64,000 nucleotides of DNA, taken from the IMG/VR virus record IMGVR_UViG_3300005253_000015, positions 1-64,000 of that record; one strand, 5' to 3'. Of the stretch, positions 53,401-61,552 are shown in pieces; within the stretch, counting starts at the first letter, position 1, and every line of letters begins with the position of its first letter. The notes under the pieces are model-generated. The model had not been told where the DNA came from. It did no database searches and saw only the letters and a program-made list of their open reading frames with translations. Source of the stretch: a virus. A program made the translations under genes and the position numbers.

Positions 53401-53867
53401 CAATAACATCAAATATTATTGATGGAGTATCTGTTAACTTTGGTACGGATGTCAATGGGATATCATTAACTTCCGTATCGACTGATAATATTATTGCGAA
53501 CAATCGAATACTTGATATGGCTAATGCGGGAGCTGGAGATGGTTATGGAATAATTATAGCTGCGGGATGTAATAATAATGTTATATCTGGAAATGTAATT
53601 ACGAGTTGTGATACTAACTTGTCTGATGCGGGGACTGGAACTATATTATTTGGCGATGATACTGCCTACGGAGCTGGTTGGAACGGGGACTTAGGCACTC
53701 CGACCAAGAATGTTATATATGACCAATTTGTAGCTACTTTAGCTGCTGCTGTTGCTTTAATATCTGATACTGCTTATGCGGCAAGTTGGGATGGAGTCAC
53801 TACAATTGCTCCGAGTAAGAATGCTGTATATGATAAAATACAAGCTCTTATTGCTGTATGGGGTTAA
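50406..53867 (+). CDS. large spike/adhesin with three tandem parallel beta-helix (NosD/CASH-like) modules
   Basis: Repeated (L/I)Q.A.D.I...AGTI module starts and GIY....N.I..N repeats; ends in AYAASWDGVTTIAPSKNAVYDKIQALIAVWG. Confidence 0.8.
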   Translation: MAGKGSKQLVRELINFYKVNRGGYPYEIIYKLIQLYQVIEDVYSVSTVIELQEAIDNIGTDAGTIFIASGTYDVTTTIDIDNCGSLVIYGHGDNTILKAADGITIFNITCVASCLIKTLKLDITNYTGDTQAVLINETNNNIVGFEDVSILGAAANGIGIEVQSDNCYIDQCNILQMKTGIYLNGAEKTKITGTLSGLHVNYGLHLNQADFSIITGNSFTANTSYGIYIYNSDYCIISNTGCTSNLTGMYSDISNYNTISSCLSNSNSENGIFITQGNYNTISSNTLNNNDSNIAGNTAGLYITNNSDFNTITANSINNNNNSGAGTAYGIYIATADCDENVVASNNANGNDVDYQDSGTSTTVIYYVQNSDELQDAIDSIGSSAGTIYINSSFTVSTTIDIDGGGSYLIEGEGSNTVLTTGIDIKCLNVDLARQCILRNFRIDASAYTAAGVALEIIDVNENNNDLVILDNVSITGDGTNGYGIELNSNNCRIENCEIDNISIGINILSTNNIISGNNVNNCNTYGIQISSANTNNVTTNIVDSNTTGIYLSSSDYVLVSGNSVNTNTENGIELTGSDYTNISGNSCIGNDSSTANPQAGMYISTDSNNNSIIGNTIINNNNAGAGIGYGVYIGTATCDENIVRSNNISGNDTQWGDTGTNTQIEYFCLTEGHIQDAVDSIAGKAGTIIIGEVTIAITTGITVDNATAKIRIIGKGQPSILQPTIGITVFTFTNAYELHLEAFYIDMDNYTADTTKAIFNNGANCLRQTYEDITFEGTADGIAIYNSGDSITVNNCYFNNVFNCIYITGSVVAFKITGNEFWTIRDSSVYIDYGEQGVIANNIADATGGKPVIDVIRGKYISISNNQIITGGSTATNGSSIQITGAVASSDIQIVGNTIRSTNSSGTTNSMVYMSGTVSRITISSNVIISYTNSDDSWGIIIEDATVIDCTITGNSIYAFGGIKVVNADNMVISGNKITGNTSLKQSGILLEGSIGNAITSNIIDGVSVNFGTDVNGISLTSVSTDNIIANNRILDMANAGAGDGYGIIIAAGCNNNVISGNVITSCDTNLSDAGTGTILFGDDTAYGAGWNGDLGTPTKNVIYDQFVATLAAAVALISDTAYAASWDGVTTIAPSKNAVYDKIQALIAVWG

Positions 53868-53918
53868 GAGTTATATTTATTAATTTAATATCTATTTTAT
53901 AATATATAAAACTAGGTT
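53829..53918 (+). repeat. 90-bp inverted repeat, left copy (partner 61463-61552)
   Basis: One mismatch over 90 bp, covering the spike 3' end and the intergenic region; more diverged similarity extends back to about 53768. Confidence 0.85.
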
Positions 53919-53924
53919 GAAAAT

Positions 53925-54845
53925 ATGAAGAAAATAGAGTTTAAAAGACAGTTTTTTATAAAAGATTTATTCATACCTGAAAGAGTTATTAATTGTTTTA
54001 ATTGTATTGAATTTGAATCTTATCAAATATTTAGTTATTGTATTGAGAATGATTTGTTTATAATCCCAGAGAATGGGTTTATATTTATACCAATAAAGAG
54101 TATATCTGATTATAAAAGTATGGTTAAGATATTTAACGAAACTAATATATGTAATAATAGCTATTTATATTTAATAATAGAAGAACAATCCCTTCTTGAT
54201 GCGGTACTTTCCACTATTGTAGATAAAAGGTTTAGTATTTTAATCACTAAAGATTTAAAAATAGATTTTGTTAAGTACTGGAATAATACAATTGGAAAAG
54301 AATGGATTTCTAAAAACAGAATCATTAAAAAGATAAAAATAGACTATCCTAATTATGATAGACAAATTAATGAAATGATTAGTATATTCAATGAGGAATT
54401 TATAAGATTTTTCTTATTAGATTTTGATTATGTATCATTTGAAAAGATAAAAATAGAAGAGATACACAAACTAAAATTCTGGATACGTAATTTTATTGGC
54501 TGGACAAAATTAAAAGATGTTGATTCAATAGAAATCATATCAACTCCATTTGTTAGAAAGATTTTTGTTTCTGATGAGTTGGTCTTATATATGGATAATA
54601 AGAAAAAAGACATATGGTCATTTGATTTAATGTTATATTTAAAAGACGATGGAGAAAGTATGCCAATGAGAGAGCTCAATCTTCTTAGGAAATATATTGA
54701 CTTTGTACCAAATGCTATGTACACAGAATCTAAAATAACAAATTGGTTTTTAATGGATTATGCTCAATGTAAAGAAATTCAGGGAAGTTTAAATGAAATA
54801 CCATTAATGATGGGATTAATAAATAGGTGGTTATATGATTTTTAA
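53925..54845 (+). CDS. hypothetical protein, possible accessory/inactive radical-SAM partner
   Basis: Overlaps the rSAM gene; no CxxxCxxC motif. Confidence 0.4.
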   Translation: MKKIEFKRQFFIKDLFIPERVINCFNCIEFESYQIFSYCIENDLFIIPENGFIFIPIKSISDYKSMVKIFNETNICNNSYLYLIIEEQSLLDAVLSTIVDKRFSILITKDLKIDFVKYWNNTIGKEWISKNRIIKKIKIDYPNYDRQINEMISIFNEEFIRFFLLDFDYVSFEKIKIEEIHKLKFWIRNFIGWTKLKDVDSIEIISTPFVRKIFVSDELVLYMDNKKKDIWSFDLMLYLKDDGESMPMRELNLLRKYIDFVPNAMYTESKITNWFLMDYAQCKEIQGSLNEIPLMMGLINRWLYDF

Positions 54846-56010
54846 TGTTGTGTGTCCAGATATTTTGATTTCAACAAATTGTAATATGAGATGTAAGTAT
54901 TGTTTTGAGAAGGATAAAATTAACGAGGTTATGGATGAAGAAAGAATATTAGAATATTATTCACATAATCCCTGTACAGGAACATTTCCTATTGGTGGTG
55001 AACCTTTTCTAAATTTAGATTTACTCTTCAAAATAATGGATACAGTAGAAAATAATAAAATTATACAAGAGAAAAGAAAAAAAACGTTATTACAGAATTT
55101 AAAATGTGTTATTACTAATGGAACTTTAATTAAACAAAACATACAGAAGATTAAGGATTATGGATTAATATTACAGATAAGTTTCGATGGTTCTAAAAAA
55201 GTTCATGATACTTATAGGGTTTTTCCTAATGGAAAGGGAACGTATGATAAAATCATTGAAGGATTAGAACTTTGCGTAAAAGAAGGAATTGAATGGTCTA
55301 TTCATGGTGTTGTAGCTAAAGATACTATTAAATATTTCTATGATACGTTTGTATGGTTTTTTGAGATATATAAAAAATACAAAGAATTAGATATAGCAAT
55401 AGATTTTATGAAGAATAACGTATTTCAAGTAATATTCGAACAAGATTATTCTGATAAAGATGTTGATGAACTAGTCAGACAGTTTCATAAAATTGCTGAA
55501 TGGATTTATTCAAGAGATTATATGACTATTAAACAAAAAGACCAATTATTTCATAACTTCTTAGAAAGACGTGGTGGTGTTTGTTCAGCTGGAACAACAT
55601 TAATAGCTTTTGATAATAATTTAGATATGTTTCCATGTCATAGACTTGCTGTTGTACCAGAGAAAGAAAATTATTACCTAGGAAATGCTATGGATATTAA
55701 GACTATTAAAAATTTCAAACAATATAACTCTTACTATAATATTGGGAGAGGTTATAAATACATGTATTCAGCTATACAACATAACCACGATTACAAAGAC
55801 AAGGAGAGTTTGAGATGGTTTATGTGGTGTCCTGCTACAAATTTACAAACATCTGAAAATGTTTATTATCAGAATGCTAAATATAATGTGATGTTTGTTG
55901 AAGTAAATAGAATGGTTAGAGCACTTAAGAAAATATATTATCAAAATAGTGATTTAATAAAAGAAAAGGATAATGCCAATAAGCTCAGGAAGCCCGATAC
56001 TAGCAAGTGA
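54835..56010 (+). CDS. radical SAM protein with SPASM/Twitch-type C terminus (peptide/protein maturase-like)
   Basis: CNMRCKYC, GGEP, TNG, ISFDG...HD..R, CSAG...PCH, WCPATN. Confidence 0.9.
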   Translation: MIFNVVCPDILISTNCNMRCKYCFEKDKINEVMDEERILEYYSHNPCTGTFPIGGEPFLNLDLLFKIMDTVENNKIIQEKRKKTLLQNLKCVITNGTLIKQNIQKIKDYGLILQISFDGSKKVHDTYRVFPNGKGTYDKIIEGLELCVKEGIEWSIHGVVAKDTIKYFYDTFVWFFEIYKKYKELDIAIDFMKNNVFQVIFEQDYSDKDVDELVRQFHKIAEWIYSRDYMTIKQKDQLFHNFLERRGGVCSAGTTLIAFDNNLDMFPCHRLAVVPEKENYYLGNAMDIKTIKNFKQYNSYYNIGRGYKYMYSAIQHNHDYKDKESLRWFMWCPATNLQTSENVYYQNAKYNVMFVEVNRMVRALKKIYYQNSDLIKEKDNANKLRKPDTSK

Positions 56011-56749
56011 TGTAAATGCTATTATCGCTAAGATAAATTCAGAGGAAAATAATAGAACTGGGTTAGGTCTGTCTGATTTACCAGATATGATTGTTAGTAA
56101 TCCTTGTTTGGCTTCAGACCACGATTCTTGGAGAACTCGTAATGATGCTATTAATGCTTTTCATTGTTATTGTGAAGCAGATGGAGGGCGTGATGCTGGT
56201 GATACTACTAAGACAGGTACAACATTAGGTCTAACTGCTCCTAATGTTACTTCTGGTAATTCAATGTTAGCTTCTCAACTTACAACTTTAGAAACAGATA
56301 TAGATAATTTAGTAGCTCAATGTGATTGTGATACTTATGTTTGTAGTTGTGTAGGTAATTGTACTACTGTTTGTACTTGTAATACAAATGTATGTACTTG
56401 TGTAGGTAATTGTACTAGTGTCTGTTCTTGTAATACTAATGTTTGTACTTGTGTTTCCCAATGTGGTTGTAATACTAATGTATGTACTTGTGTAAGTCAA
56501 GGGTGTGCCTGTAATACTATTAGAACACCTGAATGTCTTGATTGGACATTCATATGTGGTTGCCAAAGTCAGGGGTGTAGTTGTAATCAATTATGTACTT
56601 GCGTAAATCAAGGCTGTGGTTGTAATCAATTGTGTACATGTGTAAGCAATGTGATTGCACAGTGTACTTGTAATCAATTGTGTACATGTGTAAGTAATGT
56701 GATTGCACAGTGTACTTGTAATAAAGTCTGTGGGTGTGAATATAACTAA
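55973..56749 (+). CDS. Cys-rich CxC-repeat protein, candidate rSAM substrate
   Basis: About 40 Cys in tandem CxCN.xCTCV units; 48-bp DNA tandem repeat at 56621-56716. Confidence 0.7.
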   Translation: MPISSGSPILASDVNAIIAKINSEENNRTGLGLSDLPDMIVSNPCLASDHDSWRTRNDAINAFHCYCEADGGRDAGDTTKTGTTLGLTAPNVTSGNSMLASQLTTLETDIDNLVAQCDCDTYVCSCVGNCTTVCTCNTNVCTCVGNCTSVCSCNTNVCTCVSQCGCNTNVCTCVSQGCACNTIRTPECLDWTFICGCQSQGCSCNQLCTCVNQGCGCNQLCTCVSNVIAQCTCNQLCTCVSNVIAQCTCNKVCGCEYN

Positions 56750-57165
56750 TGGTAGATAAAGAAACTTATTGGAAGAAAGTTAATTTTATAGTAGATACTT
56801 CCATCTTTATTAGAAACGGAGCTTGTAATCGTTGTGGTAAATGTTGTTATGCGTATGATGAAGAACATCCCCCAGAAGAGGGAATAAAAGTTCCATGTAC
56901 TAAATTAAGTTATGATGGTGCTTTAGCAATATGTGGAATTCAAGAAAATAAATATCAAATCTGTAAAGATAATCCGATTTATCCTACACCATGTATGGTT
57001 TCAGAAGCTGTTGATACTTGTGGATATTCTTGGGTAGTTGATAATAGTTTAACAAAAACAAAAGCATTGGATAAGTTTAATATTATATGTGATGTTTGTC
57101 ATAGAAAAGAACCATGTACTTATTACGATAAAATAGTTAATGAAATAAATGAGGTGTGTAAATAA
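56749..57165 (+). CDS. YkgJ-like CxxCxxCC Cys-cluster protein
   Basis: GACNRCGKCC...C..L......C.I......IC...P. Confidence 0.7.
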   Translation: MVDKETYWKKVNFIVDTSIFIRNGACNRCGKCCYAYDEEHPPEEGIKVPCTKLSYDGALAICGIQENKYQICKDNPIYPTPCMVSEAVDTCGYSWVVDNSLTKTKALDKFNIICDVCHRKEPCTYYDKIVNEINEVCK

Positions 57166-57728
57166 TAATTCTAAAAAATGCGTCTATAATAACTTTTAAC
57201 GATTCTACTGTTGAAGTAGAGGATACTGATATTATGGTGAATTCTGATATTCATATGTATTATTATCATATAAGACCCCCTAATTTTGACTTTACATCTA
57301 AGTCTATACATTTTATAGTTAAGTTTATGAAGAATATTATGGATTTTATACATGGTATTGAATCAGGTTATAGGCTTTGTTGTATTATATCATACCTACG
57401 AGGAAAGGCTAAGTTCATAAGACCAACACACCAGTATTTTTGTTATAAATGCCAAGACAAAATTAAAAAAGGTATTTATAGACATCGTAAGAGACTACTT
57501 AAAATTAGAAAAGAATGGAAAGGTCTAGGTAACTAGTACTTTTTTGTACTACATGCTTATATGTCTATAAAACAATAGTTATTTAATTCTCTAATATCAC
57601 AAAATCGGAGAGAAGAGTGTAGAAATGCCCTTTTTTTTGAAGTTATGTGTATTTAGAGACTAATCTAAATAAAAATTCAATAAAAAAACAACTATTAAAA
57701 ATTAAATATAAAATTAGAGGAATACAAA

Positions 57729-58256
57729 ATGATAATTTTTATAGATGGCGAGAGAAAATTTAAATTTATGAAAGGTTACAATATTAAACTCGGGGCTAAG
57801 ATGTTTAAGATTATGGGAATCGAAGAGTTGCGATGGAAAGAGGCTATTGGTTCTGTAGCAACTGGAATTGCAACAACTAAAGACTGGGATACATATATGA
57901 AACCACTTGATAACTATATATATTTTGTTGAGTATATGGGAATAGACGGGTTCTGTGGGTTCGCATTACAATTTCCTAAAGGAATTGTTCATGGAGCTCC
58001 AAGAGGGCAAACTGAATATGTATATAAAGATGAGGCTGGAAAGCTAAATCCTATGTTCTATCCGTTTCTAATTTCCTCACCCGACTATCCAACATGGGCT
58101 GTATTTAATGCTGCTGCTATCGCTAATAACTCTGATGCTTACTTCTTTGGGGAAAGATGGAGAGTTAAAATACTTAGTGGTACTGAGATTCAAGAAATAG
58201 GCTCTAATTTTACCGAAATGACTGACTATGCCAATAGTGGTATAGGTCAAGGATAA
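57729..58256 (+). CDS. putative virion protein (beta-rich)
   Basis: GAGG RBS; size and composition similar to the capsid-like genes; first gene of a structural-type operon. Confidence 0.4.
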   Translation: MIIFIDGERKFKFMKGYNIKLGAKMFKIMGIEELRWKEAIGSVATGIATTKDWDTYMKPLDNYIYFVEYMGIDGFCGFALQFPKGIVHGAPRGQTEYVYKDEAGKLNPMFYPFLISSPDYPTWAVFNAAAIANNSDAYFFGERWRVKILSGTEIQEIGSNFTEMTDYANSGIGQG

Positions 58257-58267
58257 GGTGATTAAAG

Positions 58268-58750
58268 ATGACACGAAAAGTTAGAAATCTGACTCAAGTT
58301 ATCCAGATGGCGGAAGACGCAGACGGTAAAATTAAATTTGGTGGTCAATTTCCTATGGATATAAGTGCTAGGGTTGCTGCGTGGACTGAAGCTGAAGGGC
58401 TCGAAGTTGTAGGAGATGGTGTTGCTAATGGTACTACGGTAGTTTCCTTATCTATAGCTACCCTTACTAAGTTTGCTTGTATGAGCATTTCAGGCAGCAC
58501 TAATATATCAGCTGTTATAGCTATTGCATCTGGTACTTTAGCTTCACACACAGATATATATCATATTGATTTACAAAATGCTGGTGGATTTGTAGCTGTG
58601 ACTGAAAATACTCCGATATTTGTATATAATAATTCCACTGCTGCTGCTGTGACTCTTTTGATGTTAGTTCCACAAACAGCAATGGGAGCGGCTACTAACA
58701 ATGATGCTAATCATTACTTTAATGGTTATATGGGAGGAATACTGATTTAA
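58268..58750 (+). CDS. putative virion protein
   Basis: AAGGTGATTAAA RBS; Ala/Thr/Gly-rich. Confidence 0.45.
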   Translation: MTRKVRNLTQVIQMAEDADGKIKFGGQFPMDISARVAAWTEAEGLEVVGDGVANGTTVVSLSIATLTKFACMSISGSTNISAVIAIASGTLASHTDIYHIDLQNAGGFVAVTENTPIFVYNNSTAAAVTLLMLVPQTAMGAATNNDANHYFNGYMGGILI

Positions 58751-58751
58751 A

Positions 58752-59030
58752 ATGTCTCAAAACGAAGCTGATAAGGATAAACCTACTATTATTAATAGTC
58801 AACCTCGGCAAGTTAAAGAAAACCCTTTGGTAGCTATAGGGAAAGTTATTAATAATCATGCCCTGTCTATCAATGAAATAAAGAATGCTTTTGGTCTTAG
58901 CCAAATTGATATTAAGGCTAATAAAGCTACTGCTGAGATATTTGATAAACGGTTTACCCTTTTCGAGAGACAACTTGACAATTTAGATAAGGAACTCTCT
59001 CGATTAAGAAAACAAATTAACGAAGAATAA
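58752..59030 (+). CDS. coiled-coil protein
   Basis: C-terminal heptads. Confidence 0.45.
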   Translation: MSQNEADKDKPTIINSQPRQVKENPLVAIGKVINNHALSINEIKNAFGLSQIDIKANKATAEIFDKRFTLFERQLDNLDKELSRLRKQINEE

Positions 59031-59044
59031 AAGGTGAAATAAAC

Positions 59045-60325
59045 ATGGCTATAATTCAAAGAAGTGGGGCTTCAAGAATAGACCCAGACACTATTAGATT
59101 TGTTGATAGACTAGACACAGACTTATCTCATTATTTTGAGATTAATGTTGACGATACTAATAATTTGATTGATTTTCTTGCCAAGATAGGCGATTTTAGG
59201 TTTAAGGATGCTGATGATTCAGATAACTCTGATACCTTTCAGATAGTAGCTGATGATGCTGGTGGCTCAGTAATACAGAAAACATCAATGATAACTGATG
59301 GAACAGTATACGATATAATAGCGACTGGTACTATTACTGGTGCTGTTGCTACTGTTGATATTGATTATATATCAATAGATTTAGATTCTTTAGTTCTTAA
59401 TGATGCTGCTACAAGTGCTCTAACTATTGTTGGTCAGAGGATTGATTTTAATGGAGCTACTTTAACTGCTATAACATTATCTACTGTATATGGTCTATAT
59501 ATTGATATGCCTACTGGTTTAGGTGTAGCATCGAAGACTATGGAAGGAGCATATATTATAGATGGTGAAGGACATATAGCTCATTTATGTAATGGTTCTA
59601 TGGCTGTTTCTGCTATGGGTATAAACGAAGAAAAATATTATAAATGCGAAGATTTTGACGAAGAGGCTGCTGCTGTCACCCTAGAAGCTGGGTTAAGAAC
59701 TGATGAATGGGCTCCTGGTGGTCTTAATGATACTGCTGCTGATGTAACTTATATTCAAGACCAAGGCGGAGTTATTCAATTAAAGTCACGAGCAGCAGAT
59801 AATGACAGTACAGAGATTACTTGGTTAAGCACTGCTGTTAATATCGCATCTAATCCGATTTTAGAATTTCGAGTGAATGTTGATGCTATAACAGCTTCTC
59901 TTACTGGATTCTTTGTGGGAATAACTGAAACGGCAAATATTCAAAATATAAATGATATTGTTGGTGCTGTTGATGATTTCTATGTCGTTGGTATGAACAG
60001 CGATTTGGGTACTCCAGCAAATCTCAGAGCCTTTTCTGAGGATAATAATGGTGGATTAGTTACTGATAATTTAGGTGTTGCTATTGCAGCTACTTGGTGT
60101 ACCATAAGAATGGACTTTACTGATACTGAACAGCCTAGAGTATGGATTAATACCACTGGTGGAGCAATTGACTCAAGTCATGAAATTGCTGCGGCAACTA
60201 TTACTGGTACTGTACAAGACTCTATATATGTATTTCCAGTTATATTTGTTCAATGCTTAGATGTCACCCCAACTCAACGAACTTTACTAGTGGACTATTG
60301 CAAAATCTGGCAAGATAGAAGTTAA
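59045..60325 (+). CDS. putative spike/fibre protein with C-terminal lectin-like beta domain
   Basis: AAGGTGA RBS; acidic and beta-rich; ends in L.VDY.KIWQDR. Confidence 0.5.
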   Translation: MAIIQRSGASRIDPDTIRFVDRLDTDLSHYFEINVDDTNNLIDFLAKIGDFRFKDADDSDNSDTFQIVADDAGGSVIQKTSMITDGTVYDIIATGTITGAVATVDIDYISIDLDSLVLNDAATSALTIVGQRIDFNGATLTAITLSTVYGLYIDMPTGLGVASKTMEGAYIIDGEGHIAHLCNGSMAVSAMGINEEKYYKCEDFDEEAAAVTLEAGLRTDEWAPGGLNDTAADVTYIQDQGGVIQLKSRAADNDSTEITWLSTAVNIASNPILEFRVNVDAITASLTGFFVGITETANIQNINDIVGAVDDFYVVGMNSDLGTPANLRAFSEDNNGGLVTDNLGVAIAATWCTIRMDFTDTEQPRVWINTTGGAIDSSHEIAAATITGTVQDSIYVFPVIFVQCLDVTPTQRTLLVDYCKIWQDRS

Positions 60326-60428
60326 AATTTAATATTAAATTCTTTTTTTGTTTTTTTTCCTTAACTTTTTTATAGTCTCTAACCGATATTGTATTAAGAG
60401 CATAAAATATTTCTAACGATTATATATA

Positions 60429-60653
60429 ATGAGTGATAAGTTTAATTTAATACGAGAGCTAAAAGATAGTTTAAACGAGCTTAATTCACTTAATAGACCT
60501 CAACACACCCGATATAGTAATTATGGTTTTCCCTCTAAATATGAAATATCTGATAGTGTAGTTAAAAAACTCAGTTTTATTGGAATATTTTTTATATTAG
60601 GAACTTTACTTGGTCTTGCGATTAGTTTAATTGCTAAACAAAATAAGAAATGA
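60429..60653 (+). CDS. small single-TM protein
   Basis: Hydrophobic C-terminal helix. Confidence 0.5.
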   Translation: MSDKFNLIRELKDSLNELNSLNRPQHTRYSNYGFPSKYEISDSVVKKLSFIGIFFILGTLLGLAISLIAKQNKK

Positions 60654-60659
60654 TGATGT

Positions 60660-61178
60660 ATGGAAGATGCTGGTTTTGAGAATCTTACTGTTGAACAGTT
60701 GCAAAAATATATAAAACAGACTAAAGATAGAATAGCTATTATTACTAATACTGAAAAAATTAAAAATACAATAAAAAAAGATGAAGCTCCCACTAATATT
60801 ACTGTAAACATAGAGGACATCTATACAACTAGAACCGTAATAAAAACAGAAGAGACTATTACTGCTTTTTATGAAATCGCTAGAGCTGGTGGGAAGGGGT
60901 TAATCAATCAGATATTATATAAAACGGATTCTAATGATTATACAGTACAGATTTTCCTAGATAATTATACTTTATTTGATAGAGATTATTCATATTTCTA
61001 TGATTATTCATCCATATTAGAAAATATTAGTGCCTATGACCTAGCTGGTTATTATTATCTAAGTATTAGAACCCTAAATTTCTTAGAGAAATTTATTATA
61101 AATGTAGTTCCGAATTCGAGCATTACCTTTAATGAGATTCATGTGAAATATACCATTAGAGACGAGCATTATATATAG
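60660..61178 (+). CDS. beta-sandwich protein, paralog of the 48580 and 49410 ORFs
   Basis: GGKGLINQI...DY.VQI.LD...LF...YLSIRTLNF. Confidence 0.55.
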   Translation: MEDAGFENLTVEQLQKYIKQTKDRIAIITNTEKIKNTIKKDEAPTNITVNIEDIYTTRTVIKTEETITAFYEIARAGGKGLINQILYKTDSNDYTVQIFLDNYTLFDRDYSYFYDYSSILENISAYDLAGYYYLSIRTLNFLEKFIINVVPNSSITFNEIHVKYTIRDEHYI

Positions 61179-61179
61179 A

Positions 61180-61455
61180 TTACTTATTCTCTAAAGCCAT
61201 TATACGGGCTTCTAAATCTATATTTTTAGCTTCTAATTCTTCTATTTTTATTTGTTCGGGAGTTTTTTGAGGGATTATATTTCTATTTGGCGAGTCTTTC
61301 AGACTTATATTGTTTATAGAATCCCAAGAATCATAACTAACCCAATCTCCCATAGGTAAATCTAAATAATCCTTATCATCAATAGAATTATCTCTTTTAT
61401 TTATTAATTTTGAACAAATATCGTGTATTTTTCCATCTTTTATTCCTAATTTCAT
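61180..61455 (-). CDS. small fibre-associated protein with coiled-coil tail
   Basis: Directly downstream of the fibre gene; KIEELEAKNIDLEARI. Confidence 0.45.
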   Translation of the reverse strand: MKLGIKDGKIHDICSKLINKRDNSIDDKDYLDLPMGDWVSYDSWDSINNISLKDSPNRNIIPQKTPEQIKIEELEAKNIDLEARIMALENK

Positions 61456-61462
61456 TATTTTT

Positions 61463-61552
61463 AACCTAGTTTTATATATTATAAAATAGATATTAAATTA
61501 ATAAATATAACTATTAACCCCATACAGCAATAAGAGCTTGTATTTTATCATA
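61463..61552 (-). repeat. 90-bp inverted repeat, right copy
   Basis: Reverse complement of 53829-53918 with one mismatch. Confidence 0.85.
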
